From NCBI GenBank assembly GCA_004431415.1, contig QPMI01000169.1, positions 124,886 through 188,885 on the forward strand: 64,000 nucleotides of DNA, in the 5' to 3' direction. The notes beneath the pieces are model-generated. The model did not search any database and had not been told where the DNA came from. It saw only the letters and a program-made list of their open reading frames with translations. Shown piece by piece: positions 60,207-64,000 of this stretch (positions are counted from its first letter, which is position 1; every line of letters begins with the position of its first letter). The position numbers and the translations under genes are program-made. The stretch comes from Cyanophora paradoxa CCMP329. Its lineage: Eukaryota; Plantae; Glaucophyta.

Positions 60207-60477
60207 CCGCCCCTTCCCCTCCCGCCGCCCCTCGCGCGCGGCCCTTTTTACCCCTTCGCTTTCTTTTTGTTCGGCAGTTCGCAGACCAGATACAGTCCTA
60301 GGCCTATTTTCAAGATTGGTTTCTTTTTCAGTGCCGCGCGCGCCACACTCCAGCCGGGTGCTCAAAGCTCGCTGGTCGGGCAAGCAGGAAATGCATTGGG
60401 CACACGTTTCACAAATAGACACGCGCCGCCGCCGCGAGCGACGTGGTGACACTCGGGGTCCCGGCGCGGACGGGCGC

Positions 60478-61839
60478 TTAGATCTGCGGGTGGGCGGGGG
60501 GCGTGAGGGGGCGCGCGGGCCGCGTGACTTGGGCGGGGCGGGGCGGACCCAGGCGTCGACCTCCTCGGCCTGCACCTCGAGCTCCGCCGCCTCGCCGGCT
60601 GCGCCCCGCCCGCCTCAGGCCAGCCAGGCAGAGCAGAGCAGAGCGAGGCGGGGAGGGGCGGCGGGGGCGCGGACCGAGGTCGGCGTCGGGGCCGCCGGCG
60701 GCGGACTCGGCGGGGAGGGCGTCGAAGGCGTCGGCGTCCACCGTCGCCCCCTCCACGTCCTCCTCCCGCATGATCCGCTGCGCCCAGGGGGCGTCAAAGG
60801 GGGGGGCGGGGGGGCCTCGGGGAGCGGGGCGCACGGGGGCGCGGGCGACGAACTGGCCGCCGCCGCAGGTGTTGCAGGTCATGGGGACGCCGCACGAGGC
60901 GACGCCGGCGGCCTTGGCGTTGTAGAAGGCCTCGCGCAGCGCGTCCATCTCCCAGCTGTGCACGGCGTGGTCGCGGCAGGAGGTGTGGATGCCGCCGCCG
61001 TGCGCCGTCAGCCGGATCAGCTCCGAGTCGGGCTTCGCCGCCGGGATCGCCACCGGGTGCGCCGCCATCGCGTACTCCCCGATCGGCTGCGCGGCGGGAG
61101 CTCGAACCCGGGGCACGGCGGGGGCGCGGCGGGGGCGCAGTGCGCACGAGCGAAGCGACGCCGAAGTCGTCGGCGGCGACGACTGCGCACGAGGGCTCGG
61201 GGGAGGGCGGGGGCAGGGGGGGGGGGGGGCGGCGGGGCGGGGCGCACGCTCGTCGTCGGCGACGAGCTGCGTGAACGAGTCGAGCTCAGCGGCCGGCACG
61301 CTCTGGCCCTCCGCGTCCATCTCCGCCAGGCAGTGGCCAGCCGAGCGCACGACCGGCGGCCCGCAGACGGGCGCCGGGGCGGCGCAGCCGCAGGACGGCT
61401 GGGCGTAGACGAAATGCTGCGGCTGGTGCATCGCGCGCACGTAGTCCATGTCCTCGGAGTGGACCACGGCTGCCGGCGCCCGACCTCGGGCGCTGCGCCG
61501 GGCGGGGCGGGGCGGGCGGGGCGGGGCGCACTGCCGCAGCGGTAGGTGACGCCGCGGGCGAAGCCGGTCTCGCGGACGAACTCCGCGTGCTGGGGCGCAA
61601 TCGGCTCGTGCGCGTGGCCCGCCTCGCCTGCCGCACGGCCCCCGCGTCGGGCGGAGCGGCGCGGCGCGGCGGGGAGGGAGGGCGGCGGACCGAGCGGGAG
61701 GGAGGCGTATTGGGCGTCAGCCAGGGGGAGGGAGGCCTGCGACATCCTGCGCGGCGGCGTCAGCCATCTGTCGAACATCCGTCACCACGCAGAGGCCCCC
61801 GGCCGGTCTATCACGCAGACGCCGATATGCTGGCGGCAT
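60478..61839 (-). CDS. Uncharacterised His/Cys/Ala-rich protein with acidic C-terminus
   Basis: Exons such as HSEDMDYVRAMHQPQHFVYAQPSCGC and HSWEMDALREAFYNAK...CNTCGG; ends EEVDAW|I*. Start is either 61839 or 61745. Confidence 0.6.
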
Positions 61840-62285
61840 CCTCCACAAGGGCCGGCTGCGGTCCTAAAGACGAGCTGGGCCCGGAAATGCTCCTCCGAAT
61901 GGTCCTAGCGGAAACTACGGTTGCTCGTGCGCCCGAAAAGCTGATGTCCGGATGCGCAAACAAAACCGCCCAGACAACGCCGAGCCGCCGACGCGGTTGC
62001 AGGAACCGGAACCCGGGGACCGGCCCAAAATGCTAAAACGAAGGTCGTCATCGTGTCGGAGACTGCAGACCGGGCGGATGGGCCCGCAAGATGACAACCG
62101 TTACTAGACCCGTCCCGCCACCCAATCGCTAATGCGATGACAAACCCTCTCCTACGTTCGGAGCACGAAGCAACCGCGCGCGGCACTCGCCTGATGGTGG
62201 GTGCCGCGAATTCGATGACGACGACCTGTACCCGGGCTAAATCGGCGCAGCGGTTTGAAGCGAGCATTCAGGCGGTGAAGCGAGC

Positions 62286-63478
62286 ATGGCGACCAAGGAG
62301 AAGGTATGGCTGCCGTTAGAGTCCAACCCGGAGGTGATGAACAAGGCACGTCAGCCCCGCCGATGCCGGCGGCCCATCCCGCCGATGCCGGCGTCCCGCG
62401 CGTCGCTGAGCGGCCGCGCAACCCGCTGACGGCCTGTACGCAGTTCCTTAAGCAACTCGGAGTTACCACGGATGCGTACAGCTTCACAGACATTCTGGGT
62501 TCGCTTGCCGCATACGAATGCGCCGCGCCTAGCCTCACGCCACTCTCCAACGTGTGCTCATAAACCTGGCATTACGCTTTGCTCATGTATACATCGGCAG
62601 GAACTGATCCGGACTTGCTGGCGCGTTGACCCGTCGCGCGCCGAGCCGCCGCCCCCGCTGACCGGGCCGGCTCGCAGGCCATGGTGCCGCAGCCGGTGCT
62701 GGCGGTGCTGCTGCTCTTCCCGCTTAGCGCAAAGATCGAGGCGGCGAAGGACGCGTTCGCGGAGGGCGCGACGCGCAAGCACGACGAGCACGGCCTCCTC
62801 TTCATCAAGCAGACCATCGGGTGCGTTGCGAGGTGGTGGCACCGTCGTCAGAGACGTCAATGTTAATCGCTGGTGTTAGGAACGCGTGCGGGACCATCGG
62901 CCTCCTGCACGCCACCGCCAACAACGCGGACGCGCTGTCCCGTGCGCCCCGCCGGCCGCAGGCCCCGTGCAGGCTCCAGACGCGGGGGCGCAGCGGCGGG
63001 GTACCTGAAGAACTTTATGGAGAAGGCGCGGGGGTCGACGCCGCAGGAGCGGGCGGCGTTCCTGCAGGAGGACGACGAGATCGAGCACCTGCACGAGGCG
63101 CTCGCCAATGAGGGCCAGAGCGAGGCGCGCCCTGCGGCCCCCGCGCGCGCGCCCCGGGCGAGGCGGGGCGGCAGGTGCCGGAGCACGACGAGGACGTGGA
63201 CCTGCACTTCGTGGCCTTCCTGCACAGGAGCGGCGGGCTCTACGAGATGGACGGGCGCGCCGCGGGGCCCCTCTACCACGGGCCCACCACCCCGGAGACC
63301 CTCCTCCAGGACGCCGTCAAGGCCGTGCGCCCCGGCCGCCGCGCCCCTCCCGCAGCCCTCCCTCCGCGCGGGCCGACGGGCGCCCCTCGCGGGGGCGCAG
63401 ATCGAGGAGCGGTTCATGCGGGCGGACCCCGACCAGCTCCGCTTCGGCATGGTCGCCCTCGCACCCGCCCTCGACTAG
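62286..63478 (+). CDS. UCHL3: Ubiquitin C-terminal hydrolase, UCH-L1/L3 family
   Basis: WLPLESNPEVMNK, QTIGNACGTIGLLH (Cys box), LHFVAF...LYEMDGR (His box). Confidence 0.95.
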
Positions 63479-63663
63479 CCCCCGCCCTCCCTCCCGCCCC
63501 CCCGCCCCGCCCCGCCCCGCTCCGCCCCGCCTCCCGCGCCTCTGCCCGCCCCAGCTCCTCCGAGGCTGCGGCCGCGGCCCGTCCTGTCCCCGCCGTTCCG
63601 TGACCCGCGCGGCTCCTGTGTGTCCTGACGCTATTGAAAGAGAAGCGGAAAGTACAACGGCGT

Positions 63664-63944
63664 CTAGGCCGTCTGGGGAGGGTTCTGCGGGGCGGGCGTC
63701 GGCGGGGCGGGGGCCGGGGGCGGGGGCGGGGCGGGGCGGCGGGGCCGGGGGCACCTTGAGGGTGACGATGCGGTGGCGGGGCCGGAGGTACTGGCCTTGC
63801 CTGAGGCTGTCGTATTTCTCGCGGTCCTTCGGCTGCACGTTCTCCATGGGGATCACCGCAGGCTCCTCCAGCGTGACGATCGCTTTCTTGTAGTCGCTGT
63901 ACCTCTTGACCCACCACCCGTGCTGCTTCCTCGCCAGTCCCCCT
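63664..63944 (-). CDS. rplW: 3' end of an organellar (probably mitochondrial) ribosomal protein uL23; gene continues beyond the window
   Basis: KRYSDYKKAIVTL matches the uL23 C-terminal motif, followed by an extension ending NPPQTA*. Confidence 0.6.
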
Positions 63945-64000
63945 GCACGCCGCCCCCGCCGCGTGGCGCGCTCCCGTCAGCGGCCCGTCGCCGGCGTCGG

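Noticed and set aside
503-63917. Hundreds of long Arg/Gly/Pro/Ala-rich ORFs on both strands, suggesting overlapping genes
   Set aside because: Expected from stop-codon scarcity at extreme GC. Real proteins are recovered only by splicing short exons.

Overview
This is eukaryotic, extremely GC-rich, intron-dense nuclear DNA. It is not prokaryotic, so most long ORFs in the supplied track are artefacts of GC content, and real genes must be rebuilt from short exons. Three plastid-type proteins start with unusual Phe-containing transit peptides (MLAF-, MEAF-, MTSHAF-) and have no signal peptide, and a ciliary kinesin is present. Together these suggest a flagellated primary-plastid alga, most plausibly a glaucophyte such as Cyanophora (inference). 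About 25 distinct genes are packed mostly head-to-head or tail-to-tail. Recognisable products: bacterial-type organellar PolA, cyanobacterial CofE-like protein, TCERG1/PRP40C, F-box protein, kinesin-16, nitrilase-family hydrolase, RING protein, EMC8/9, CNBD K+ channel, two PgsA paralogues, CMT1-like GDT1 transporter, RAD5/16-like SNF2-RING helicase, PurF, TUL1/FLY-like E3, TKL kinase, UCH-L3 and the end of uL23; several others are orphans. A 4.36-kb tandem duplication (30942-35297 / 35298-39661) creates a pgsA copy with no transit peptide that carries a 9-bp footprint-like insertion. The most striking system-level signal is the splicing code. In one fully traced gene 5 of 11 introns are GC-AG, and GC donors occur in most other genes traced. 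Donors read G(T/C)SCGS, and introns are polarised: C-rich 5' half, CTGA(C/G) branch motif often in a hairpin loop, and a G-rich rather than pyrimidine-rich 3' end. Intergenic islands built from short palindromes and micro-duplications are also present. Coordinates are gene spans from manual exon tracing; internal exon boundaries are approximate.
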